This document shows, piece after piece, positions 9,620 through 18,410 of a stretch of DNA of 64,000 bases. Both the position numbers and the translations under genes were made by a program. The stretch lies in the NCBI GenBank assembly GCA_043817315.1, contig JBDRGY010000001.1:154550-218549 (forward strand), read 5' to 3'. The notes under the pieces are model-generated. The model was not told the DNA's origin and did not search any database. It saw only the letters and a program-made list of their open reading frames with translations. The first letter of the stretch is position 1. Every line of letters begins with the position of its first letter. This stretch comes from Patescibacteria group bacterium (lineage in GTDB: Bacteria > Patescibacteriota > Patescibacteriia > JBDRGY01).

Positions 9620-12009
9620 AAGACATCAGCCAATCGTTTGGTCAATTGGCGCCGGTCGTAATATTTGATCAGGGTTTGGTCCGGGGAAAATAATGTTTCA
9701 TCGTTTAACCAGGCTTGATAAAGTTTAAGCAGCTGGTTTTTTATTTGGTCAACATGGTCTGGATCAGCCACTAAACCGGTTTTGGTTTTCTGGATAAGTT
9801 TAGCGGCCAGGCCATCAAGCGGAACGATTGCCAGGATTGGCTGCTTGGTTGCTAAGTATTCGAAAATTTTTCCGGTATAGCAGCCAGCGCCTCTTTCGTT
9901 ACTGATGTAAAGTAGTTGGACAGAACTTTGCTGCAGAGCGGAAATTATATATTGATGATTCTGATAACCTACAAAATCAACTACTTTTTTAATCGGTTGG
10001 GCCAGGTTAATAAATTTTTGATTGGAAATAGTACCAATAAACCTGACCTTTAATTTTTCTCGGTCAATTTTTTCTTCTGCTAATAATTCTTCGACCGCTT
10101 TTAGAAAATTATCCGGGGATTGCTGGTCGTAAATTGTTCCGGTATAGGTAACGATGAATTTATTTGTCCTTGAATTGTTTTGTTGCTCGGGAAAATCAGC
10201 CGAATCATAGCCATTGGTTATGGTTATGAATTTTTCCGGATTAGATCCGGCTATTTTGGCTAAATCGTCTGTAATCATCTCGGATACGGAGATAACCTGG
10301 TCAGCTGTTTGCAGCACCTCTTTTTCTAATCGCTGGTGCTTCTTTTTATGCCAGGGGGTTAGATATTTTTTGAAAGGGTTGAGGGTCCATTCGTCGCGGA
10401 AATCGGCCACCCAGGGTAAATTAAACTTGTTCTTTAGTCGCAAAGCGATTAAATGAGCGGTGTGAGCTCCTGAAGTAGAATAAATAACTTTGATGTTGTC
10501 TTTTTTGATTATCTTTTTGGCGGTGCGATAACCGGGCAGTAACCAAGCAGCAGCGTTATCAGGGATGAACAGCAAAGCAGTCAAACCGAAAACTAGTTTT
10601 TCTACAATTTTGTAAAGTGTATTTAGAAAAGGAAAATTCTTTTTGGCCACTGCTAAACGAGTCAACCAAATTTCCGGAGAAAGAAACCGGTTTCTTACCA
10701 CCTCAGTGCTAAGAGGAACTTCCTCAAGCAGTTTAGTGTCCTGATGAGTTTTAATCAACCCCTTGGTGGTTAAAACAACACAGTCCCAGCCAAATTCCTT
10801 CAAGTATTTAACAAACTTGGTTGTTCGCTGAACCCCGCCTCCCCCGACCGGCGGGAAGCTGTAAGTTATTATCAAAGCCTTTTCCTGATTCTGTTGTTGC
10901 AAGCTCTGATACATTTCCTGCAATTTATCAGCAACAACTTCCTGAGAATAGAGAGAGGAGGTGTATTCTGATATTTTATCGGCTGAATATTGATCATAAT
11001 TATTTAGTATCTGATTGATGGCTTCAGCCATTTGCTTGGCATCGTCTTTTTTGACTAATAAGCCTGTCTGCTTATTAATTTTTTCCTGCATTACCGGCAG
11101 GTCGTTAGCTACTACCGGCCGTCCGCTAGCCAAAGCTTCAATCACGACTACGCTGAAGGTTTCGTGCTGACTGGGTTGAATCAACAACTTGCTGTTTTGT
11201 AGTTCTGCAGCAATTTGCTCCCGGGTAAGTTGGCCTGGTAATTGGATATAGGAGGCTAAACCTTTTTTAGTAATCAAATTTTGATAATAAGCATACTGGT
11301 TTCCCTGGCCAATGATTTTGAGATTAAAATCTCGCCTGATATTAGCCAGATGGGAAATGGCCTCAATTAGCTGATCCAGCCCCTTTTCTTTATAAAAGCT
11401 GGTGATGCAAATCAGGTTGTTGAATTGGGGAGGAGGGGAGTTTGATATAAAATTTTGGTCGACAATATTGGGAACCACCATTATCCTGGTTTTAACTCCT
11501 ATCCTGGCAATGGCTTGACCCAAGTAATCACTAACCGGCAAAATCAAATCAGCCTGGTTTAAAACATAGCGGGCTAACCGCCGGTAGGTTTTAGACAGTC
11601 TATTCTTGGTAAAAACGCTGGAATGAACCGTAATGACCAGCGGAACATTAAACTGCTTAGCCAATTTCTTTCCATAAAAGCCGGCCGACCAAATATGGCA
11701 GTGAATCAGATCAGGAGTAAACCCTTCACGCTGTAAATTTAATACTAAACGGGATAGTTTCCGGCGGTGTCTAAAAAAACTATAGCCAGGCAGCACTGAT
11801 TTAAAAAAAGGCATCCGAATAGTCCGTAGCCCGTCTTCTTCCTGGTCGGTTATGGCCTGTCCTTTTGCCTGTAAAAAAATAACAATTATTTGATTGTGCC
11901 TGTTGCTGGCTTTTATCTGGTCGCGGACAAAACAACCCTCTTGTTGGTTTTCTGGGTGGGGGTACCAGTTAGTTAGATGAAGTATTTTCAGTTTATTCTG
12001 ATTGGACAT
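9601..12009 (-). CDS. Fused tandem GT4-GT4 glycosyltransferase (two GT-B modules in one 802-aa polypeptide)
   Basis: The N-terminal module carries MSNQNKLKILHLTNWYPHPEN...SFSVVVIEALASGRPVV. The second module starts around ALIITYSFPPVGGGGVQRTTKF and has its own C-terminal GT-B half. Confidence 0.7.
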   Translation of the reverse strand: MSNQNKLKILHLTNWYPHPENQQEGCFVRDQIKASNRHNQIIVIFLQAKGQAITDQEEDGLRTIRMPFFKSVLPGYSFFRHRRKLSRLVLNLQREGFTPDLIHCHIWSAGFYGKKLAKQFNVPLVITVHSSVFTKNRLSKTYRRLARYVLNQADLILPVSDYLGQAIARIGVKTRIMVVPNIVDQNFISNSPPPQFNNLICITSFYKEKGLDQLIEAISHLANIRRDFNLKIIGQGNQYAYYQNLITKKGLASYIQLPGQLTREQIAAELQNSKLLIQPSQHETFSVVVIEALASGRPVVANDLPVMQEKINKQTGLLVKKDDAKQMAEAINQILNNYDQYSADKISEYTSSLYSQEVVADKLQEMYQSLQQQNQEKALIITYSFPPVGGGGVQRTTKFVKYLKEFGWDCVVLTTKGLIKTHQDTKLLEEVPLSTEVVRNRFLSPEIWLTRLAVAKKNFPFLNTLYKIVEKLVFGLTALLFIPDNAAAWLLPGYRTAKKIIKKDNIKVIYSTSGAHTAHLIALRLKNKFNLPWVADFRDEWTLNPFKKYLTPWHKKKHQRLEKEVLQTADQVISVSEMITDDLAKIAGSNPEKFITITNGYDSADFPEQQNNSRTNKFIVTYTGTIYDQQSPDNFLKAVEELLAEEKIDREKLKVRFIGTISNQKFINLAQPIKKVVDFVGYQNHQYIISALQQSSVQLLYISNERGAGCYTGKIFEYLATKQPILAIVPLDGLAAKLIQKTKTGLVADPDHVDQIKNQLLKLYQAWLNDETLFSPDQTLIKYYDRRQLTKRLADVFQSISK

Positions 12010-13330
12010 TAGCTTCCTTCTTTCGTTTAAAAATAGATTTAATAAAGTCTTTATACAGTTGCCAATCTTTCATCTTAATAAAGACGATATCCCAGACTTT
12101 GTTGCCAGAAATCCGGGCGTAAATAAAGACACGGATTAAAAAGACTAAGGTGTAGGAAATAGTGGTGGCATAGGCAGCTCCGGAGATTCCGTATCGGGGA
12201 ATAAAAATTATATTAAGGATGACGTTGACTATTAGAGAGGTAATATTGATATAGGTGTTGATGATAGGTTTGCCGCGGCCCGCTATATCATTGGCCAATA
12301 TTTTACTACCACTAACCGAGATAGTGCCGAGTAACAAAATTTGGAATGGTAACAGGGCGTCTAGAAAATCTGCTGAATAAAGAAGCAAAATTAGCCAGCG
12401 TCCCAGTAGAAAAAGTGTCAAGGCGCCGATTACAGTTAATAACAAAATGTTGCGGCAAACCACCGGTGTAAAATTCTTCTTAGCTTCTTCATCAGTTTCC
12501 GAAGAGATTTTGGGAAAAAGAATCACTGAAGTAGATTCAGCCAGCAGCCATAGCCTTTCAGTCAGACCCACGGCCACAGCATAGAAGCCGACTGCGATTG
12601 GATTGAGAAAGTAATTGATAATCAGCTGGTCAATTCTTAGATGGAAAAAAGAAATGATACTTCCCAAGAAGGCTTTGGATCCGTAATTAAAAGTGTCCTT
12701 GAGATAATCTTTATTAATCCGGTAATAAAATTTCTTTAAATGTTGCTTAAGAACTATAAACGTAATCAAGAAGACGACGAAAGACGAGATCAAATAAGTA
12801 ATAATGACCGGAAGCAGAGAGAAAGATGAGGTCAAAACCAGAATCAGGAAAATAATTATTTGAACAATAACACCAACTAAGCTGAGAATGTTATAAACAA
12901 AATAGCGGTGAATACCGAGATTTATGTAATTAAGAGTAGAGGATAATTTTAAGAAGGGAATGGCTAGCAACACTAAGACTATGGCATTGGTGGGCACTCC
13001 GGTAAAAAAGGAGTCTTTGAAAAAGATCAAAATGATGCCCATGATAATGATAGCACCCACGGACAGAATAGTATTAAAAACAATATTGTTCCCAGCTACC
13101 AATTGAGGCGGGTATTTTTTCTTACCGAGATAATAAACCGATGCAGAAGTAATTCCCCAATTAGTAAAGATAACGGCAAAGGAGGGGATTAAGATGGCCA
13201 AAGCGTAAATTCCCCGGCCCTCGGGACCCAGCAGGCGGGCCAGCATAATAGAGACTACTATGCCGATTAGCAAGTTTAAAATCCGCGTGGTGAAGGTAAT
13301 GGCAGTTCCTTTGATGAAATTACTTTTCAT
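11993..13330 (-). CDS. Wzx-like polysaccharide flippase (MOP superfamily)
   Basis: 445 aa with about 12 TM helices. N-terminus TAITFTTRILNLLIGIVVSIMLARLLGPEGRGIY is typical of RfbX/Wzx. Confidence 0.7.
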   Translation of the reverse strand: MKSNFIKGTAITFTTRILNLLIGIVVSIMLARLLGPEGRGIYALAILIPSFAVIFTNWGITSASVYYLGKKKYPPQLVAGNNIVFNTILSVGAIIIMGIILIFFKDSFFTGVPTNAIVLVLLAIPFLKLSSTLNYINLGIHRYFVYNILSLVGVIVQIIIFLILVLTSSFSLLPVIITYLISSFVVFLITFIVLKQHLKKFYYRINKDYLKDTFNYGSKAFLGSIISFFHLRIDQLIINYFLNPIAVGFYAVAVGLTERLWLLAESTSVILFPKISSETDEEAKKNFTPVVCRNILLLTVIGALTLFLLGRWLILLLYSADFLDALLPFQILLLGTISVSGSKILANDIAGRGKPIINTYINITSLIVNVILNIIFIPRYGISGAAYATTISYTLVFLIRVFIYARISGNKVWDIVFIKMKDWQLYKDFIKSIFKRKKEANVQSE

Positions 13331-14498
13331 AGAATGTGGTTAATCTTTTATCGATCTCTTCAATAACTCTTCTGGAAGCTTGTCCATCCATCTTAAAGTG
13401 GATTTTTTGGGCAATTCTGGATCTTAATTTAGCTAGCTCTGCTGGGTTAGATAAACTGCTGCTTAGGGCCTGGAAAAATCCTTCTTGACTATCGACTATT
13501 ATACCAGCTCTGGCCGACGGTTTTAAAGCATAACCGTGCTCAAACAGCTCGTTCAGCGTTTCTAAAAATATCATCGGTTTATCCAGAACAATGAAATCAT
13601 TGGCGATGCTGGACCAGTCAGTAATCAGGATATCAGTAATAGCTAACAGTTTTTCAGTGTCCCAATCGGTGCGGACACTGCTTAAGGTAATTCTGTCACT
13701 TGTTTCTATCAAATCACTAATTTCATGATCCTCAATCTTATAGTTGGGGTGCAGACGAATAATCATCTGCAGGTCATTGGATTCTAAGAACGACAATATC
13801 TGTTTGATTACCTCCGAATCCTGACTAAAGGGAAAGAGTGGTTTCTTGGTTCCTGATTCATGGGCCCAAGTGGGAGCATAAAGAATAGTTTTAAACGAAG
13901 GGTTGAGGTCTAATTCCTCAATAATCTTGGCTCGGTCGTAAAAAGGATTAATCAGTCGATCAATTCTGGGATATCCGGTGACCGCCACTCTTTCAGGATC
14001 GACACCGATTCCTTCTATATAGTAGTCAGATAGCCACTGGGAAGAAACCGGATGCAGGTCGTAAATATTGAAATATTTTTTGGTAAGCGGATTGCCGGCA
14101 AAACCCTTAAAGGGAATACCGTGCCAGACTTGAACCCAAAAACTTTTTTTATGCTTTTTAACCGGAAAGTCACCGGGTCCGTGGTCGCCAACCCAAACAT
14201 TAGTTTTCAAAAAAAGAGGCAGTTTAGTAATGCTAAATTTCCAAAGCGGATTGACTCCTTCTTTTTTCCATTGCCTACTCTTGGTGCGGTCGGCCACTGC
14301 CCAATAAAGAATTACCTCTCCCTGTTGGACTTTCTTTTGGTATTCCAGGTAGACTGATTTGGAATTTCCGTAAAAATAATCTCCTCCAAAACCGACAATC
14401 AAAGGATTAGCCTGCGGTTTTGGTTTAATAAATTGTTGCAAAATAAACCGTAGAGTTTTCCAAGTCAGAATATAGATTATCCAGATAATTTTAGCCAT
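13320..14498 (-). CDS. CDP-glycerol glycerophosphotransferase (TagB/TagF family)
   Basis: ILYAPTWAHES (the YAPTWR-like motif), RLHPNYK and LITDWSSIANDF blocks. Confidence 0.7.
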   Translation of the reverse strand: MAKIIWIIYILTWKTLRFILQQFIKPKPQANPLIVGFGGDYFYGNSKSVYLEYQKKVQQGEVILYWAVADRTKSRQWKKEGVNPLWKFSITKLPLFLKTNVWVGDHGPGDFPVKKHKKSFWVQVWHGIPFKGFAGNPLTKKYFNIYDLHPVSSQWLSDYYIEGIGVDPERVAVTGYPRIDRLINPFYDRAKIIEELDLNPSFKTILYAPTWAHESGTKKPLFPFSQDSEVIKQILSFLESNDLQMIIRLHPNYKIEDHEISDLIETSDRITLSSVRTDWDTEKLLAITDILITDWSSIANDFIVLDKPMIFLETLNELFEHGYALKPSARAGIIVDSQEGFFQALSSSLSNPAELAKLRSRIAQKIHFKMDGQASRRVIEEIDKRLTTFYEK

Positions 14499-14577
14499 AA
14501 TTAATTAAAACCTGCTATAAGCAGATTTTCTTTCCAGTAGACCAGAATAGAAACTATTAATTTTCATCTGAAAGAAT

Positions 14578-15288
14578 TTATGATTGACTGATGAATTTCT
14601 TGACGCTAGCCAGATCTTCAGCAAAATCAATCTCTTGGCAGAAGAGCCCCTGAGAATCTAGAGGAATAATCTCTGCCTTGTCTTGGCTAATCATATTCTC
14701 AATAGCTTTTTCAAAATAATCCTGATCAGCTATGGCTTCTAGGTGTTTTTTGAATTGAGGTAACAAATCCTTTTTAATCAGGTTAATACCCAGGGCCTCA
14801 CCTTCCGGTTTTGCCACTTCTTTGGACAACTTAATAATATTACCCTTATCGTTAGTAGTGTACTTGATTTCTTCCTCACCACATTTCTTATGATCGGACA
14901 GCAGACAAGATTTTTTGGAATCAATTAGTAGGAGTAATAGTTTCTCATCAAAAAAAACATCACCATTTAACCAAATGACATCGTTATCTATTTTCTTTAT
15001 TGCCTTCAGCAAACTTTTTCCGGTATTGGTTCTGGCGTAGGCTTCATTATAGACGTAGGTTAGTTCCGGATGCTTTTCCATAATTATTTCTTTTTTATAG
15101 CCCACTACCACAAAAATATTATCGAAGGGTATGTACTTTGATAATTTCTCGATTTGGTAATCAAAAATGGTCTTCTCGTTTGTTAGAGAGATCAATGGTT
15201 TGGGAATGTCTTGGGCCAGTCTGGTTCCCATTCCGGCTGCTAAAATAACTGCTTTTAAATGATTGTTTTGACTCATAGGATTAGGCAA
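14578..15288 (-). CDS. Sugar/alcohol-phosphate nucleotidyltransferase (LicC/IspD-like NTP-transferase)
   Basis: KAVILAAGMGTRLAQDIPKPL Rossmann-like NTP-transferase motif. 236 aa. Lies next to the TagF-like gene. Confidence 0.65.
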   Translation of the reverse strand: MPNPMSQNNHLKAVILAAGMGTRLAQDIPKPLISLTNEKTIFDYQIEKLSKYIPFDNIFVVVGYKKEIIMEKHPELTYVYNEAYARTNTGKSLLKAIKKIDNDVIWLNGDVFFDEKLLLLLIDSKKSCLLSDHKKCGEEEIKYTTNDKGNIIKLSKEVAKPEGEALGINLIKKDLLPQFKKHLEAIADQDYFEKAIENMISQDKAEIIPLDSQGLFCQEIDFAEDLASVKKFISQS

Positions 15289-16381
15289 AGAATTCTTTAA
15301 TTTTTTGGGCGATTAGTTCTTGGTCAGCGTCAGCTAATTCTGGATAAATGGGCAGGCAGAGAATTTCCGAAGCCGCCCTATCACTTTGTGGAAACTCACC
15401 ATCTTTATGATTCAAATATTTGAAGGCCTTTTGTAAGGGCAAGGAAGAGGGGTAGTGGACAGCAGAGGGGATATCATTTTCTTTAAGGAAATCTTGTAGT
15501 TGATCTCTTTTTTCGGAAACTCTTATAGTATATTGTTGGTAAACCGGAATATTATGATCAGCCACCCAGGGAGTGGTTATTTGAGTCACATCGGCCAGCA
15601 GCTTATTGTAATTGTCTGCTTTTGTCCTTCTTTGTTCGTTCCAGTCGCTAATATATTTCATTTTGACATTCAAGATAGCAGCCTGTAGATTGTCCAAGCG
15701 GCTGGAGTCGCCGATGAAATCATGAGTGTATTTCTGGGGTTGGCCGTGATTCCGGGCTTTCTGAAGCCATTCAGCAACTTTTTGGTCGCTGGTAGTCACC
15801 ATACCGGCATCACCATAGGCTCCCAGATTTTTAGCCGGAAAGAATGAAAGGCAGCCGATATTACCAATAGAACAAACTTTTTTACCTTTGTATTCAGCTC
15901 CAATAGCCTGAGCCGCATCTTCGATTACTTTAAGGTTATGCTTTTGGGCGATTTGCATAATTGTATCCATCTCAGCAGCTTGTCCGTAAAGGTGTACCGG
16001 AATAATCGCCTTAGTCTTGTCTGTAATTTTTTCCTCTATTTGGTCAGGGTCGATATTAAAAGTCTGGGGATCGATATCTACAAAGACAGGCTTGGCCCTT
16101 TCCAGGGCTACAACCTCAGCAGTAGAAACAAAGGTATAAGCGGGTACTATTACTTCGTTACCGTCTTTAATCTCATAAGCTCTCAGGGCAAATAATAGGG
16201 CATCAGATCCGGAATTTAGTCCGATAGCATACTGACTTTGACAGAACTGAGCCATTGATTTTTCCAGCTCCTCTACATCTGCACCCATAATAAATTGACT
16301 GTTTTCCACTACTCGCTGCATGGCCTGGTCAATTTCAGGTTTTATGGAGTCGTATTGTGCTTTGAGATCCAATAATTTCAT
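15281..16381 (-). CDS. DegT/DnrJ/EryC1/StrS family PLP-dependent sugar aminotransferase (WbpE-like)
   Basis: MKLLDLKAQYDSIKPEIDQAM...ENSQFIMGADVEELE N-terminal signature. 366 aa. Confidence 0.85.
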   Translation of the reverse strand: MKLLDLKAQYDSIKPEIDQAMQRVVENSQFIMGADVEELEKSMAQFCQSQYAIGLNSGSDALLFALRAYEIKDGNEVIVPAYTFVSTAEVVALERAKPVFVDIDPQTFNIDPDQIEEKITDKTKAIIPVHLYGQAAEMDTIMQIAQKHNLKVIEDAAQAIGAEYKGKKVCSIGNIGCLSFFPAKNLGAYGDAGMVTTSDQKVAEWLQKARNHGQPQKYTHDFIGDSSRLDNLQAAILNVKMKYISDWNEQRRTKADNYNKLLADVTQITTPWVADHNIPVYQQYTIRVSEKRDQLQDFLKENDIPSAVHYPSSLPLQKAFKYLNHKDGEFPQSDRAASEILCLPIYPELADADQELIAQKIKEFFA

Positions 16382-16387
16382 TGCTGA

Positions 16388-16966
16388 CTATTTCCTTTCT
16401 ATTTTATCTTCACTAATTCTTTTGTATTCCTTATTGCATTCCAAACATTTGGCCTGATCCTTGGATCCAAAATCTATTTTGGTTCCACACTGGCACATCC
16501 AGCCTTGAATTCTGGCCGGATTGCCAAAGGCCAGGGCGTAATCTGGAATATCCTTGGTAACCACTGAGCCGGCACCGATAAAGGCGTACTCGCCGATGGA
16601 GTTGCCGCAGATCACAGTGGCATTGGCACCAATAGTGGCTCCTTTTTTAACCACCGTTTGCAGCCAAGAATCCCGATGCGAATACTCGGCTCGGGGATTG
16701 GGGTCGTTGGTAAAAACACAGGAAGGAGCGCAAAAGACGTTATCCTCCAGGATTACTTTGTCGTAAACTGAGACGTTATTTTGAACTTTAACGTTATTGC
16801 CGATTACTGCTTCACTGCCCACATAGACATTTTGGCCCAGGGAACAATCTTTGCCGATCTTAGCGCTGGGCATTACATGGGTCCAATGCCAAATCTTAGT
16901 GCCGGATCCGATAGTGGCCTTTTCCTCAATAATACTAGTTTCGTGTACGAAAAAATCTTTGGTCAT
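16388..16966 (-). CDS. Hexapeptide-repeat (LbH) sugar N-acetyltransferase (WbpD/PglD-like) with C-terminal Cys4 zinc-ribbon tail
   Basis: Repeated [LIV]G-x4 hexapeptides and a GNPARIQG end motif. C-terminal CQCGTKIDFGSKDQAKCLECNK. Confidence 0.75.
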   Translation of the reverse strand: MTKDFFVHETSIIEEKATIGSGTKIWHWTHVMPSAKIGKDCSLGQNVYVGSEAVIGNNVKVQNNVSVYDKVILEDNVFCAPSCVFTNDPNPRAEYSHRDSWLQTVVKKGATIGANATVICGNSIGEYAFIGAGSVVTKDIPDYALAFGNPARIQGWMCQCGTKIDFGSKDQAKCLECNKEYKRISEDKIERK

Positions 16967-16967
16967 T

Positions 16968-17969
16968 TTATAAGTCGAAGGGTTTACCGTTTTTGTCCAT
17001 GGATTGCTGAGCTAGATTAAGTAACTTAACTACTCTTAATCCATCTTCCCCATCACTTCGCGGTCGAGTGTCATTTTGGATACTGTCTACAAAATGCTGA
17101 CATTCGATTGAAAGTGGTTCCTGATTTTCAATATGGGGAATAATGGTATCGCCCCAGTTGATGGTCAGGAAATCTTTGTAATCTTCAAAATCAGAAGAAA
17201 CTACTGTCTTGGTAAATACTTTAACTTTATCTGAAGTGGCCACGTCGTCGAAAACTGCCATCTGTTTTTCGCCAACCAGGGTTATCTGACGTATTTTATG
17301 GGGATCGAGCCAGGAGGCGTGAATAGAGGCCATTTTATTATCCTTGAAATAGAAATTTACGAAAGAAACATCTTCGACGTTAGTGGGTAAATAGTTTTGA
17401 CCACGAGCCGAAACACTGTTAGGTAGATCACCAAACAGATAGAGGATGACTGAAATATCGTGAGGGGCTAAACTCCAGAGGGCATTTTCGTTTTTACGGA
17501 AGATGCCCAGATTCACCCTTTGGGTGTACATGTAATATATTTTCCCAAATTCTCCATTGCGGATTTTGTCTTTTAAATACTGGACGCATGGATGATATTC
17601 CAGGAGGTGTCCCACCATTAGCTTGACATTCTTTTTGTCAGCCAGCTCAATCAGTTCTTCCGCGTGCTCTACTTTTAGGGTCAGCGGTTTTTCCACGAAA
17701 ACATGCTTGCCTTTGTTAAGCGCCCCTTTAGCAATCTCATAATGAGTAGGGGATTGGGTGGCGATAACGACTGCATCTACTTCTTTATCATTAAAAATGT
17801 CATTAACATTTTTAGTTGTCTTAACTTTGGGAAAATTAGCCGCAATTTTTTTAAGATTATCGTCATTAAGATCAGATACCCATTTCAAATTGACATCGGG
17901 TAGTCCGTCAAAATTTCTAATTAGATTTTTGCCCCAGAATCCGGCCCCGATGCATCCTAGTGTTAGCAT
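16968..17969 (-). CDS. Gfo/Idh/MocA family NAD-dependent sugar oxidoreductase (WbpB-like)
   Basis: LGCIGAGFWGKN Rossmann motif, EKP motif, 333 aa. Confidence 0.75.
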   Translation of the reverse strand: MLTLGCIGAGFWGKNLIRNFDGLPDVNLKWVSDLNDDNLKKIAANFPKVKTTKNVNDIFNDKEVDAVVIATQSPTHYEIAKGALNKGKHVFVEKPLTLKVEHAEELIELADKKNVKLMVGHLLEYHPCVQYLKDKIRNGEFGKIYYMYTQRVNLGIFRKNENALWSLAPHDISVILYLFGDLPNSVSARGQNYLPTNVEDVSFVNFYFKDNKMASIHASWLDPHKIRQITLVGEKQMAVFDDVATSDKVKVFTKTVVSSDFEDYKDFLTINWGDTIIPHIENQEPLSIECQHFVDSIQNDTRPRSDGEDGLRVVKLLNLAQQSMDKNGKPFDL

Positions 17970-17974
17970 AGTTT

Positions 17975-18361
17975 TTAATTAGTTGATATTTGCTTCTTTT
18001 GTTTAAAGTAGATTATTACTGAACCGATTACCACGATGGCAAGAATAACCAGGCTGCTATTTAGTAAATTAATGGGCATCCCGGCTTTGTTTAAATAGAA
18101 GAGTATCAGAGGAACAACTGCAATAGACAGAGCTATGGCTAAGGTAATTCTAGTTATGCTGTCTATTGATTTATGCTTTTCTTGGCTCGGGAAAAAGACG
18201 AAGCTTAAAGTAAATCCGGGCAGGAAGATGACCAAGAAAGAACCGAAGACAGTTCTAAACGATTGGCTAATAGGCAGTTGAATACTTATTAAAAGAGAGA
18301 CAACCACCAAGCCCAAAACCGTAAAAAAAATGATCTTGATGGATTTTTGAATATTTAGCAC
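17975..18361 (-). CDS. Small membrane protein, hypothetical
   Basis: 128 aa with 4 hydrophobic segments. Confidence 0.4.
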   Translation of the reverse strand: MLNIQKSIKIIFFTVLGLVVVSLLISIQLPISQSFRTVFGSFLVIFLPGFTLSFVFFPSQEKHKSIDSITRITLAIALSIAVVPLILFYLNKAGMPINLLNSSLVILAIVVIGSVIIYFKQKKQISTN

Positions 18362-18410
18362 TGGTTTCAGCCCTTTATGAAAAATGATATACTAATAATT
18401 ACCTAATTGT

